The position numbers and the translations under genes are program-made. Shown in pieces: positions 11,570-25,900 of a stretch of 64,000 bases of DNA (position 1 is the first letter of the stretch; every line of letters starts with the position of its first letter). The notes beneath the pieces are model-generated. The model did not search any database. It had not been told where the DNA came from and worked only from the letters and a program-made list of their open reading frames with translations. The DNA comes from Squalus acanthias (taxonomy: Eukaryota): the NCBI GenBank assembly GCA_030390025.1, contig CM059432.1, positions 90,150,001 through 90,214,000 of the forward strand, in the 5' to 3' direction.

Positions 11570-12822
11570 GTCAGGTGGTGAAGAAATCTACACAAGGATG
11601 TAACCTTCTTGACCTTGTCCACACTATGCCTGTCATAGACACGTATGCACATGAAGAGATCATCGCAAAATCCTTGTGAAGAAAAAGTCTTGTCTTCTCC
11701 ATGATGACATCCTCCATCCTGCAGGGTGGCACTAACACTGTGCTAGGTGGAACAAACTATGGACAGGGGTGTAGCATACAAAATATAGGGCATTCATAAG
11801 GCATTGTGGGTCATCAGTAGCAGCAGAATTGTACACAACCATAATCTGTAACCTCATGGCCCACCACAGTTGATCACCATGAGGTCAGGAGATAAATCCT
11901 GAATGCTAGCTCAATGCAAAGTGTAGAAAGGTGTACCAGGTACAGTACCAGGCAAACCTTAGAGTGAGGTACCAAACTAGTGAAACTCCTGCACAGAGCT
12001 ACCTGAATGTTAAACAACAGAAGTGCAGCCTATAGATAGAGCTACCTGCAACCAATGGATCAGAGTGAAGCTCTGTAGCCTGAACACATCCAGTTGAGAA
12101 TGGTGATAGACAACTTGGCAACTAATGAAGATATGCAATGAATATTCCCATCCTCAACCATATGGTGGAACTCAGCACATGAGTGCAAGACACAGCGTGA
12201 AGCGTCTTCAGCCAAAGGTGCTGAGTGGGTGATCTTATTTGGCCTCCTCCTAAGGTCCCCCCCCCCCCATCATAGATACCACTTTAAGCCAATTAATTTC
12301 ACTCCACATGACATTAAGAAATGGCTAAGTGCACAGGACACAGCAAAGACGGTGAGCCCTGACAACATCCTGGCCATAGTGCTGAAGACCTGTGCACCAG
12401 AATTATCTACCTAGCCAAGCTGTTCCAGCACAGCAAGGACACTGGCATCTACCCAGCAACATGGAAGATTTATCAGGTATGTTCAATCCATAAAAAATGG
12501 GATAAATCTAACCTGGCCAATTGCCACCCAGTCAGCATCCTTCCAATCAATAAAGTGATAGAAGAAGTCATCCCCGGTGCCATTCAGCAACATCTATTCA
12601 CAATAACCTGGTAACCAAAGCTCAGTTCGGGTTCCACCAGAATCACTCGGCTCTGAATCTCATCACAGTTTTGATTCAGACATGGGTGCAAGAGGTGAAT
12701 GCCAGAGGAGAGGCCACATTCGACCAAGTAAGGAACCTAAAGGCCCTAGCAAAACTGAGGTCAATAGGGGTTAAGGTGAAAATTCTACAGAGGCTGATGT
12801 CATAGCTCACACACAGGAAGAT
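11570..12822 (+). mobile_element. Decayed CR1-type LINE ORF2 fragment (end of endonuclease region to start of reverse transcriptase)
   Basis: Peptide remnants are FKPINFTPHDIKKWLSAQDTAKTVSPDNILAIVLKTCAPEL, then after frameshifts LAKLFQHSKDTGIYPATWK...IHKKWDKSNLANCHPVSIL and QFGFHQNHS. These match the non-LTR RT motifs GPD.I....LK, P..WK, NYRPISL and QFGF. There are many stops and frameshifts, and the left boundary is approximate. Confidence 0.85.
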
Positions 12823-12825
12823 AAT

Positions 12826-13586
12826 GGCCCGAAAATTAGACCTAATACGCGAGAGTACGCACTGTGTACTCTCGCGTTTTAGGTCTCCAATTGCCGGTTT
12901 CCTGCATGCACTGCGCATGCGCGGGAAACCGGCACTTCGTGAATTCAAAAGGGGGCGGTTCCTAAGTGAACCGCGTGCGCGCTACAGGCTGTGCGCACGC
13001 AGTGCACTTAGTTATTTTTGCAGCTTTGAACGCGCAGGTAAGCATGGAAGCTTTTACACATGAAGAAAGGAGGCGTAAGACCCTCTTTTAACAAGGTAAG
13101 TAGTTAATTAAGTATTATTTAAAAAAAATTTCAACAGGTTTATCTTTTTTAGAGACTTTAAAGAAAGGTAAGTTTATTTTTATAACTTTTAAAAAGATTT
13201 AAAATATTTTCAAAAATTTAATTTTTTGTTTAAAGTGGTTAATTTATTTAACAATACTTATTTTATTAATGTGATGGCTTTTTTAATTTAATTGAGGTTT
13301 AGCTGTTCTTTTGGGGGTGTGTAGGATTCATAGCTTTGACAGCTCTTGCTGTGAAAACTATGAATGAAAGATGGTGTGCTGCCATTGGCTCTAACTGAAT
13401 CACGTGATCCCAGAGCTCGCACGAACTAATTGCGTCTCTGGGTCACGCAAGCACTGCACAGCTGCATGTGGGACTGGCCTTGAAACTAAAGTTCGTGTGG
13501 GCCCGGAGGAAAAAGGTAGGCGCGGAGTGAGATATCGCGGGGAAGCCTTACCCCCGCGGGAACACTCAGTGTTTAATTTCTGGGCC
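12826..13586. mobile_element. MITE-like non-autonomous DNA transposon (Harbinger-type ends) nested in the LINE
   Basis: TIRs are GGCCCGAAAATTA / TAATTTCTGGGCC, extendable to 15 of 17 with the flanking TAAT/ATTA. CpG-rich hairpin-forming arms surround an AT-rich core (~13090-13295). LINE RT sequence stops at the left end and resumes at the right end. Confidence 0.8.
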
Positions 13587-13590
13587 ATTA

Positions 13591-13668
13591 GCAGTTGTCG
13601 AAAGCCAGTCATCACAGCCCCAGGACATCACTGCAGGAATTCCTCCGGGCAGCATCATACCCCTACCA
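13591..13668 (+). mobile_element. Continuation of the CR1-type LINE RT after the MITE
   Basis: CAGCCCCAGGACATCACTGCAGGAATTCCTCCGGGCAGCATC translates as QPQDITAGIPPGSI, a decayed GVPQGS motif. No YADD motif follows. Confidence 0.75.
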
Positions 13669-16600
13669 TGCAGAAAGAAGGCTGCGTCTATTTCCAACAC
13701 AAGTGCGTTGGTCGAGATTTTTGAGTGTTCCTGTTGGAGGAAAAGAAACACCCAACAGTTTGTCTGCAATGTGTAATTTGATCCAGTGTCAAGCATGTCA
13801 GGCAGGCTCCAGAGTTCACAGAGCTAAGACTACTGACATCAGAGAACAGACAGGGCTCATACTCCTGGGGTAGGAGCACACATAGTGCTCACACTACCAA
13901 TTTCAGTGAACGCACAGTGCACACACTACTGATTTCATAGAATGCAAGCGCTCACACTACTAATTTCAACGAATGAACATCACTCGCACTACTGATTTCA
14001 GACAATACACAGCGCTCACACTATTGATTTCAGACAATGCACAGCGCTCACACTACTGATGACAGGGAATGCACAGCGCTCACACTACTGATTTCAGAGA
14101 ATGCACAGTGCTTACAGTACCGATTTCAGAGAATGCACAGCACCCACACTACTGATTTCACAGATGCACAGTTCTCACACTACTGATTTCAGGCAATGCA
14201 CAGAGCCCACACTACTGATTTCGGAGAGCGCACAGCGCTCACACTACTGATTTCAGAGAATGCACAGCGCTCACACTACTGATTTCAGAGAACACAAAGC
14301 ACTCACGCTACTGACTTCAGACAATGCATAACGCTCACACTACTGATTTCAGAGAATGCACAGTGCTTACACTACTGATTTCAGACAATGCACAATGTTC
14401 ACACTACTGATTTCAGAGAACACACAGCGCTCACACTACTGATTTCAGACAATGCACAATGTTCACACTACTGATTTCAGAGAACACACAGCACTCACAC
14501 TACGGATTTCAGGGAACACACAGCGCTCACACTACTGATTTAGGACAATGCATAATGCTCAAACTACTGATTTCGGAGAATGCACAACGTTCACACTACT
14601 GATTTCAGGGAATGCACAGCGCTCACACTACTGATTTCAGACAATGCACAGTGTTCACACTACTGATTTCAGAGATGCACAGTTCTCTCACTACTGATTT
14701 CAGTCAAAGCACAACGTTCACACTACTGATTTCAGAGAATGCACAGTGCTTACACTACTGATTTCAGTCAAAGCACAACGTTCACACTACTGATTTCAGA
14801 GAATGTACAGTGCTCACACTACTGATTTCAGACAATGCACAATGTTCACACTACAGATTTCAGAGAATGCACAGCGCTCACACTATGATTTCCTGAAAAT
14901 GAACAGCGTCCAAAGTACTAATTTCAGACAATGCACAGAGCTCAGGCTACTGATTTCAGAGAACAAACAGTGCTCACACTACTGATTTCAGTCAAAGCAC
15001 AACGTTCACACTACCGATTTCAGTGAATGCACAGCACTCACACTACTGATTTCAGAGAACACACAGCGCTCACACTACTGATTTCAGAGAACACACAGCG
15101 CTCACACTACTGATTTCAGACAATGCACAAAGTTCACACTACTGATTTCTGAGAACACACAGCGCTCACACTACGGATTTCAGAGAACACACAGCGCTCA
15201 CACTACTGATTTCAGACACTGCACAGCGCTCACACTACTGATTTCAGAGAATGCACAGTGCTCACACTACTGATTTGAAAGAACACACAGCGCTCACACT
15301 ACTGATTTCAGACAATGCATAATGCTCACACGACTGATTTCAAAGGATGCACAGAGCCCACACTACTGATTTCGGAGCGTGCACAGCACTCACACTATTG
15401 ATTTCAGAGAACACAAAGCGCTCACGCTACAGACTTCAGACAATGCATAACGCTCAAACTACTGATTTCAGAGAATGCACAGCGCTCACACTACTGATTT
15501 CAGAGAATGCACAGTGCTTACACTACTGATTTCAGACAATGCACAACGTTCACACTACTGATTTCAGACAATGCACAACGTTCACACTACTGATTTCAGA
15601 GAATGCACAGTGCTCACACTACTGATTTCAGACAATGCACAACGTTCACACTACTGATTTCAGAGAATGCACAGTGCTCACACTACTGATTTCAGAGAAC
15701 ACACAGCGCTCATACTACGTGACTTCAGACAATGCACAGCGCTCACACGACTGATTTCAGACAGTACACAGCGCTCACACTACTGATTTCAGACAAAAGA
15801 CAGTGCTCACACTACTGATTTCAGACAATACACAGCGCTCATACTACTGATTTCAGACAATACACAGCACTGACACTACTGATTTCAGACAATACACAGT
15901 GCTCACACTACTGATTTCAGACAATGCACAGCGCTCACACTACTGATTTCAGACAATACACAGCGCTCACACTACTGATTTCAGACAATACACAGCGCTC
16001 ACACTACTGATTTCAGAGAATGCACAGCGCTCACACTACTGAATTCAGAGAATGCACAGCGCTCACACTAATGATTTCAGACAATGCACAGCGCTCACAC
16101 TACTGATTTCAGGGAATCCACAGCATTCACACTACTGTTTTCAGACAATGCACAGCGCTCACACTAATGATTTCAGACAATGCACAGCGCTTACACTACT
16201 GATTTCAGAAAATGCAGAGTGCTCACACTACTGATTTCAGAAAATGCAGAGCGCTTACACTACTGATTTTAGAGAATGCACAGCACTCACACTACTGATT
16301 TCAGAGAATGCTCAGCATTCACACTACTGTATTCAGACAATGCACAGCGCTCACACTACTGAATTCAGAGAATGCACAGCGCTCACACCACTGATTTCAG
16401 GGAATGAACAGCGCTCACACTACTTATTTCAGAGAGAGCATAGTCCTCACAATACTCATTTCAGGGAATCTACCGCATTCACACTCTTCTTTCAGAGACT
16501 GCACAGTGCTCACACTACTGATTTCAGAGAATTCACAGCGCTCATACTAATGATCTCAGAGAATGCACAACGCTCACACTACTGATTTCACAAAATGCAC

Positions 16601-19600
16601 AGCGCTCATGCTACTTATTTTAGAGAATGCACAGCGCTCACACTACTGATTTCAGAGAATGCACAGCGCTCACACTAGTGATTCCAGAGAATGCACAGCA
16701 CTCGCACTACTGATTTCAGAGAATGCACAGTGCTCACACTACTGATTTCAGAGAATGCACAACACACATACTGCTGGTTTCAGAGAATGCACAGCACTCA
16801 CACTACTGATTTCAGGGAATGCACAGTGCTCACACTACTGATTTCAGACAATGCACAGCGCTCACACTACTTATTTCAGAGAGCGCACAGCGCTCACACT
16901 ACTGATTTCAGATAATACACAGCGCTCACACTACTGATTTCAGACAATGCACAGCGCTCACACTACTGATTTCAGATAATACAAAGCACTCACACTACTT
17001 ATTTCAGAGAACGCACAGCGCTCACACTACTGATTTCAGATAATACACAGTGCTCACACTACTGATTTCAGACAATGCACAGCGCTCACACTACTGATTT
17101 CAGAGAATGCACAACGCACATACTGCTGGTTTCAGAGAATGCACAGCACTCACACTACTGATTTCAGGGAATGCACAGCACCCACACTACTGATTTCAGA
17201 GAATGCACAGCGCTCACACTACTTATTTCAGAGAGTGCACAGTGCTCACAGTACTGATTTCAAAGAATGCACAGCGCTCACACTAGTGATTCCAGAGAAT
17301 GCACAGCACTCGCACTACTGATTTCAGAGAATGCACAGTGCTCACACTACTGATTTCAGAGAATGCACAACGCAAATACTGCTGGTTTCAGAGAATGCAC
17401 AGCACTCACACTACTGATTTCAGGGAATGCACAGCACCCACACTACTGATTTCAGAGAATGCACAGCGCTTACACTACTGATTTCAGACAATGCACAGCG
17501 CTCACACTTATTATTTCAGAGAGCGCACAGCGCTCACACTACTGATTTCAGACAATGCACATCGCTCACACTACTGGTTTCAGAGATTGCACAGTACTCA
17601 CACTACTGATTTCAAACATTTAACAGCACTCACACTACTGATTTCAGAGAATGCACACTGCTCAGACAACTGATTTCAGAGAATGCACAGCATTCACACG
17701 ACTGATTTCAGATGGTACACAGAGGTCACACTAATGATTTAAGACAATACACGTTGCTCACACTACTGACTTCAGACCATACAAAGCGCTCACACTACTG
17801 ATGTCAGAGAATGCACAGCGCACACAATATTCATTCCGGGAATGCACAGCGCTCACACTACTGAATTCAGAGAATGCTCAGCGCTCATGCTAGTGATTTC
17901 AGGGAATGCACAATGCTCAATACTGAAATCAGAGAATGCACAGCATTCACACTACTGATTTCAGAAAATGCACAGCGCTCACACTATTGTTTTCAGAGAA
18001 TGCACAGCACTCACATTACTTATTTAAGAGAATGCTCAGCATTCACACTACTGTTATCAGTGAATGCTCAGCATTCACACGACTGATTTCAGATGATACA
18101 CAGCGCTCACACTACAAATTTCAGGAAATGCACAGCAGCCACACTACTGATTTCAGCGAATGCACAGCGATCACACTACTGATTTCAGCGAATGCACAGC
18201 GATCACACTACTGATTTCAGACAATACACAGCGCTCATACTACTGACTTCAGACAATGCACAGCGCTCACACTACTGATTTCAGACAATACACAGCGCTC
18301 ATACTACTGATTTCAGACAATACTCAGTGCTCACACTACTGATTTCAGACAATGCAGAGCGCTCACACTACTGAATTCAGAGAATGCTCAGCGCTCACAC
18401 TACTGATTTCAGACAATGCAGAGCGCTCACACTACTGAATTCAGAGAATGCACAGCACTCACACTAATGATTTCAGACAATGCACAGCGCTCACACTACT
18501 GATTTCAGACAATGCACAGCGCTCACACTACTGATTTCAGGGAATCCACAGCATTCACACTACTGTTTTCAGACAATGCACAGCGCTCACACTAATGATT
18601 TCAGACAATGCACAGCGCTCACACTACTGATTTCAGGGAATCCACAGCATTCACACTACTGTTTTCAGACAATGCACAGCGCTCACACTAATGATTTCAG
18701 ACAATGCACAGCACTCACACTAATGATTTCAGACAATGCACAGCGCTCACACTACTGATTTCAGACAATGCACAGCGCTCACACTACTGATTTCAGAAAA
18801 TGCAGAGCGCTCACACTACTGATTTCAGAAAATGCAGAGCGCTTACACTACTGATTTTAGAGAATGCACAGCACTCACACTACTGATTTCAGAGAATGCT
18901 CAGCACTCACACTACTGATTTCAGACAATGCACAGCGCTCACACTACTGAATTCAGAGAATGCACAGCGCTCACACCACTGATTTCAGGGAATGAACAGC
19001 GCTCACACTACTTATTTCAGAGAGAGCATAGTCCTCACAATACTCATTTCATGGAATCTACCGCAATCTCACTCTTCTTTCAGAGACTGCACAGTGCTCA
19101 CACTACTGATTTCAGAGAATTCACAGCGCTCATACTAATGATCTCAGAGAATGCACAGCGCTCATACTACTTATTTTAGAGAATGCACAGCGCTCACACT
19201 ACTGATTTCCGAGAATGCACAGCGCTCACACTAGTGATTCCAGAGAATGCACAGCACTCACACTACTGATTTCAGACAATGCACAGCGCTCACACTACTG
19301 AATTCAGAAAATGCACAGCGCTCACACTAATGATTTCAGACAATGCACAGCGCCCACACTAATGATTTCAGAGAATCCACAGCATTCACACTACTGTTTT
19401 CAGACAATGCACAGCGCTCACACTACTGATTTCAGAAAATGCAGAGCGCTCACACTACTGATTTCAGAGAATGCACAGCGCTCACACTACTGATTTCTGA
19501 CAATGCACAGTGCTCACGCTACTGATTTCAAACATTGCACAGCGCTCACACTACTGATTTGTGACAATGCACAGCACTCACACTACTGATTTCAGAGAAT

Positions 19601-19974
19601 GCACAGCACTCACACTACTGATTTCAGAGAATGCACAGTGCTCACACTACTGATTTCAGACAATGCACAGCGCTCACACTACTGATTTCAGTGAATGCAC
19701 AGCGCTCACACTATTGATTTCAGACAATACACATCGCTCACACGACTGATTTCAGAGAATGCACAGTGCTCACACTACTGATTTCTGACAATGCACAGCG
19801 CTCACACTACTGATTTCAGAGAATGCACAGCGCTCACACTACTGATTTCAGACAATACACAGCGCTCACACTACTGATTTCAGACAATACACATTGCTCA
19901 CACTACTGATTTCAGAGAATGCACAGCGCTCACACTACTGATTTCTGACAATGCACAGTGCTCACACTACTGAT

Positions 19975-22900
19975 TTCAAACATTGCACAGCGCTCACACT
20001 ACTGATTTCAGAGAATGCACAGCGCTCACACTACTGATTTCAGAAAATGCACAGTGCTCACACTACTGATTTCAGAGAATGCAAAGTGCTCACACTACTG
20101 ATTTCAGAAAATGCACATTGCTCACACTATTGATTTCAAACATTGCACAGCGCTCACACGACTGATTTCTGAGAATGCACAGCACTCACACTACTGATTT
20201 CACACAATACACAGTGCTCACACTACTGATTTCAGACGAAGCACAGTGCTCACACTAGTGATTTCAGGGAATCCACAGCAGTCACATGCTTATTTCAATA
20301 TGCACAGCGCTCACACTACTGATTTCAGAGAATGCACAGCGCTGACACTACTGATTTCAGAGAATGCACAGCGCTCACACTACTGATTTCAGAGAATGCA
20401 CAGCACTCACACTGCTGATTTCAGAGAATGTACAGTGCTCACACTAATCGTTTCAGAAAATGCACAACATTCGCACTAGTGATTTCAGGGATTCCACATC
20501 AGTCACACTACCGATTTCAGACAATGCACAGCGCTCACACTACTTATTTCAGAGAACGCACAGCGCTCACACTACTGATTTCAGACAATACACAGTGCTC
20601 ACACTACTGATTTCAGAGATTGCACAGTACTCACACTACTGATTTCAAACATTGAACAGCACTCACACTACTGATTTCAGACAATGCACAGTGCTCAGAC
20701 TACTGATTTCAGAGAATGCACAGCATTCACACGACTGATTTCAGATGATACACAGCGGTCACACTACTGATTTAAGACAATACACGTTGCTCACACTACT
20801 GACTTCAGACAATACAAAGCGCTCACACTACTGATGTCAGAGAATGCACAGCGCACACAATATTCATTCCGGGAATGCACAGCGCTCACACTACTGAATT
20901 CAGAGAATGCTCAGCGCTCATGCTAGTGATTTCAGGGAATGCACAATGCTCAATACTGAAATCAGAGAATGCACAGCATTCACACTACTGATTTCAGAAA
21001 ATGCACAGCGCTCACACTACTGTTTTCAGAGAATGCACAGCACTCACATTACTTATTTAAGAGAATGCTCAGCATTCACACTACTGTTATCAGTGAATGC
21101 TCAGCATTCACACGACTGATTTCAGATGATACACAGCGCTCACACTACAAATTTCAGGAAATGCACAGCAGCCACACTACTGATTTCAGCGAATGCACAG
21201 CGATCACACTACTGATTTCAGACAATACACAGCGCTCATACTACTGATTTCAGACAATACACAGTGCTCATACTACTGATTTCAGACAATGCAGAGCGCT
21301 CACAATACTGATTTCAGAAAATGCTCAGCACTCACTCTACTGATTTCAGACAATGCACAGTGCACACAATACTCATTCCGGGAATGCACAGCGCTCACAC
21401 TATTGATTTCAGAGAATGCTCAGTGCTCACGATAGTGATTTCAGAGAATGCATAGCGCTCAATACTGAAATCAGACAATGCACAGCATTCACACTACTGA
21501 TTTCAGAGAATGCACAGCGCTCACAATACTGATTTCAGAGAAAGCACAGCACTCACAATACTGATTTCAGAGAATGCACAGCACTCACAATACTGATTTC
21601 AGAGAACACACAGCGCTCACACTACTGATTTCAGAGAATGCTCAGCGCTCGCACTACTGATTTCAGAGAATGCACAGCGCTCACACTACTGATTTCAGAG
21701 AATGCACAGCGCTCACACTACTGATTTCAGAGAATGCACAGCGCTCACACTACTTATTTGAGAGAATGCTCAGCATTCACACTATTGTTTACAGTGAATA
21801 CTCAGCATTCACACGACTTATTTCAGAGAATGCACAGAGCTCACACTACTTATTGCAGGAAATGCACACGCTAACATTACTGATTTCAGAGAATGCACAG
21901 CGCTCACACTACTGATTTCAGGGAATGCACAGCACCCACACTACTGATTTCAGAGAATGCACAGTGCTCACACTACCGATTTCAGAGAATGTGCAGTGCT
22001 CACACTACTGATTTCACGCAATGCACAGCGCTCACACTACTGATTTCCAAAATTGCACAGTGCTCACACTACTGATTTCAGACAATGCAAAGCGCTAACA
22101 CTAATGATTTCATACAATGCAAAGCGTTAACACTATTGATTTCAAACATTGCACAGCGCTCACACTACTGATTTCAGAGAATGCTCAGTGCTCGCACTAC
22201 TGATTTCAGACAATGCAAAGCGCTAACACTACTAATTACAAACATTGCACAGCGCTCACACTACTGATTTCAGAGAATGCTCAGCGCTCGCACTACTGAT
22301 TTCAGAGAATGCACAGCGCTCACACTACTGATTTCAAACATTGCACAGCGCTCACACTACTGATTTCAGATAATGCACAGCACTCACATTACTGATTTCA
22401 GGAAATCCACAGCGCTTACACTACTGATTTCAGACAATGCAAAGCACTAACACTACTGATTTCAGAAAATGCAAAGCGCTAACACTACTGATTTCAAACA
22501 TTGCACAGCGCTTACACTAATGATTTCAGAGAATGCTCAGCGCTCACACTACTGATTTCAGAGAATGCACAGTGCTCACACTACTGATTTCAAACATTGC
22601 AGAGTGCTCACACTACTGATTTCAGAGAATGCACAGCGCTAACATTACTGATTTCAGAGAATGCACAGCTCTCACACTACTGATTTCAGAGAATGCACAG
22701 TGCTCACACTACTGATTTCACACAATGCACAGCGCTCACTCTACTGATTTCCAACATTGCACAGCACTCACACTACTGATTTCAGACAATGCAAAGCGTT
22801 AACACTACTGATTTCAAACATTGCACAGCGCTCACACTACTGATTTCAGGAAATGCACAGCACTCACACTACTGATTTCAGGAAATGCACAGCGCTTACA

Positions 22901-25900
22901 CTACTGATTTTAGAGAATGCACAGTGCTCGCACTATGATTACAGACAATGCAAAGTGCTAACACTACTGATTTCAGAGAATGCACAGCGCTCACACTACT
23001 GATTTCAAACATTGCACAGCACTCACACTACTGATTTCAAACATTGCAAAGCGCTCACACTACTGACTTCAGACAATGCAAAGTGCTAACACTACTGATT
23101 TCAGGCAATGCAAAGCGCTAACACTACTGATTTCAAACATTGCACAGCGCTCACACTACTGATTTCAGAGAATGCTCAGTGCTCGCACTACTGATTTCAG
23201 AGAATGCACAGCGCTCAATACTGAAATCAGACAATGCACAGCATTCACAGTACTGATTTCAGAGAATGCACAGCGCTCACAATACTGATTTCAGGGAATG
23301 CACAGCGCTCACAATACTGATTTCAGAGAATGCACAGCGCTCACAATACTGATTTCAGAGAACACACAGCGCTCACACTACTGATTTCAGAGAATGCTCA
23401 GCGCTCACACTACTGATTTCAGAGAATGCACAGCGCTCACACTACTGATTTCAGAGAATGCACAGCGCTCACACTACTGATTTCAGTGAATGCACAGCGC
23501 TCACACTATTGATTTCAGACAATACACATCGCTCACACGACTGATTTCAGAGAATGCACAGTGCTCACACTACTGATTTCAAACATTGCACAGCGCTCAC
23601 ACTACTGATTTCAGAGAATGCACAGTGCTCACACTACTGATTTCAGAAAATGCACAGTGCTCACACTACTGATTTCAGAGAATGCAAAGTGCTCACACTA
23701 CTGATTTCAGAAAATGCACATTGCTCACACTATTGATTTCAAACATTGCACAGCGCTCACACGACTGATTTCTGAGAATGCACAGCACTCACACTACTGA
23801 TTTCACACAATACACAGTGCTCACACTACTGATTTCAGACGAAGCACAGTGCTCACACTAGTGATTTCAGGGAATCCACAGCAGTCACATGCTTATTTCA
23901 ATATGCACAGCGCTCACACTACTGATTTCAGAGAATGCACAGCGCTGACACTACTGATTTCAGAGAATGCACAGCGCTCACACTACTGATTTCAGAGAAT
24001 GCACAGCACTCACACTGCTGATTTCAGAGAATGCACAGCGCTCACACTAATGGTTTCAGAAAATGTACAACATTCGCACTACGGATTTCAGGGAATCCAC
24101 ATCAGTCACACTACTGATTTCAGACAATGCACAGCGCTCACACTACTTATTTCAGAGAACGCACAGCGCTCACACTACTGATTTCAGACAATACACAGCG
24201 CTCACACTACTGATTTCAGAGATTGCACAGTACTCACACTACTGTTTTCAAACATTGAACAGCACTCACACTACTGATTTCAGACAATGCACAGTGCTCA
24301 GACTACTGATTTCAGAGAATGCACAGCATTCACACGACTGATTTCAGATGATACACAGAGGTCACACTACTGATTTAAGACAATACACGTTGCTCACACT
24401 ACTGACTTCAGACAATACAAAGCGCTCACACTACTGATGTCAGAGAATGCACAGCGCACACAATATTCATTCCGGGAATGCACAGCGCTCACACTACTGA
24501 ATTCAGAGAATGCTCAGCGCTCATGCTAGTGATTTCAGGGAATGCACAATGCTCAATACTGAAATCAGAGAATGCACAGCATTCACACTACTGATTTCAG
24601 AAAATGCACAGAGCTCACACTGCTGTTTTCAGAGAATGCACAGCACTCACATTACTTATTTAAGAGAATGCTCAGCATTCACACTACTGTTATCAGTGAA
24701 TGCTCAGCATTCACATGACTGATTTCAGATGATACACAGCGATCACACTACAAATTTCAGGAAATGCACAGCAGCCACACTACTGATTTCAGCGAATGCA
24801 CAGCGATCACACTACTGATTTCAGACAATACACAGCGCTCATACTACTGATTTCAGACAATACACAGTGCTCATACTACTGATTTCAGGCAATGCAGAGC
24901 GCTCACAATACTGATTTCAGAAAATGCTCAGCACTCACTCTACTGATTTCAGACAATGCACAGTGCACACAATACTCATTCTGGGAATGCACAGCGCTCA
25001 CACTATTGATTTCAGAGAATGCTCAGTGCTCACGATAGTGATTTCAGAGAATGCATAGCGCTCAATACTGAAATCAGACAATGCACAGCATTCACACTAC
25101 TGATTTCAGAGAATGCACAGCGCTCACAATACTGATTTCAGAGAAAGCACAGCACTCACAATACTGATTTCAGAGAATGCACAGCACTCACAATACTGAT
25201 TTCAGAGAACACACAGCGCTCACACTACTGATTTCAGAGAATGCTCAGCGCTCGCACTACTGATTTCAGAGAATGCACAGCGCTCACACTACTGATTTCA
25301 GAGAATGCACAGCGCTCACACTACTGATTTCAGAGAATGCACAGCGCTCACACTACTTATTTGAGAGAATGCTCAGCATTCACACTATTGTTTACAGTGA
25401 ATACTCAGCATTCACACGACTTATTTCAGAGAATGCACAGAGCTCACACTACTTATTGCAGGAAATGCACACGCTAACATTACTGATTTCAGAGAATGCA
25501 CAGCGCTCACACTACTGATTTCAGGGAATGCACAGCACCCACACTACTGATTTCAGAGAATGCACAGTGCTCACACTACCGATTTCAGAGAATGTGCAGT
25601 GCTCACACTACTGATTTCACGCAATGCACAGCGCTCACACTACTGATTTCCAAAATTGCACAGTGCTCACACTACTGATTTCAGACAATGCAAAGCGCTA
25701 ACACTAATGATTTCATACAATGCAAAGCGTTAACACTATTGATTTCAAACATTGCACAGCGCTCACACTACTGATTTCAGAGAATGCTCAGTGCTCGCAC
25801 TACTGATTTCAGACAATGCAAAGCGCTAACACTACTAATTACAAACATTGCACAGCGCTCACACTACTGATTTCAGAGAATGCTCAGCGCTCGCACTACT

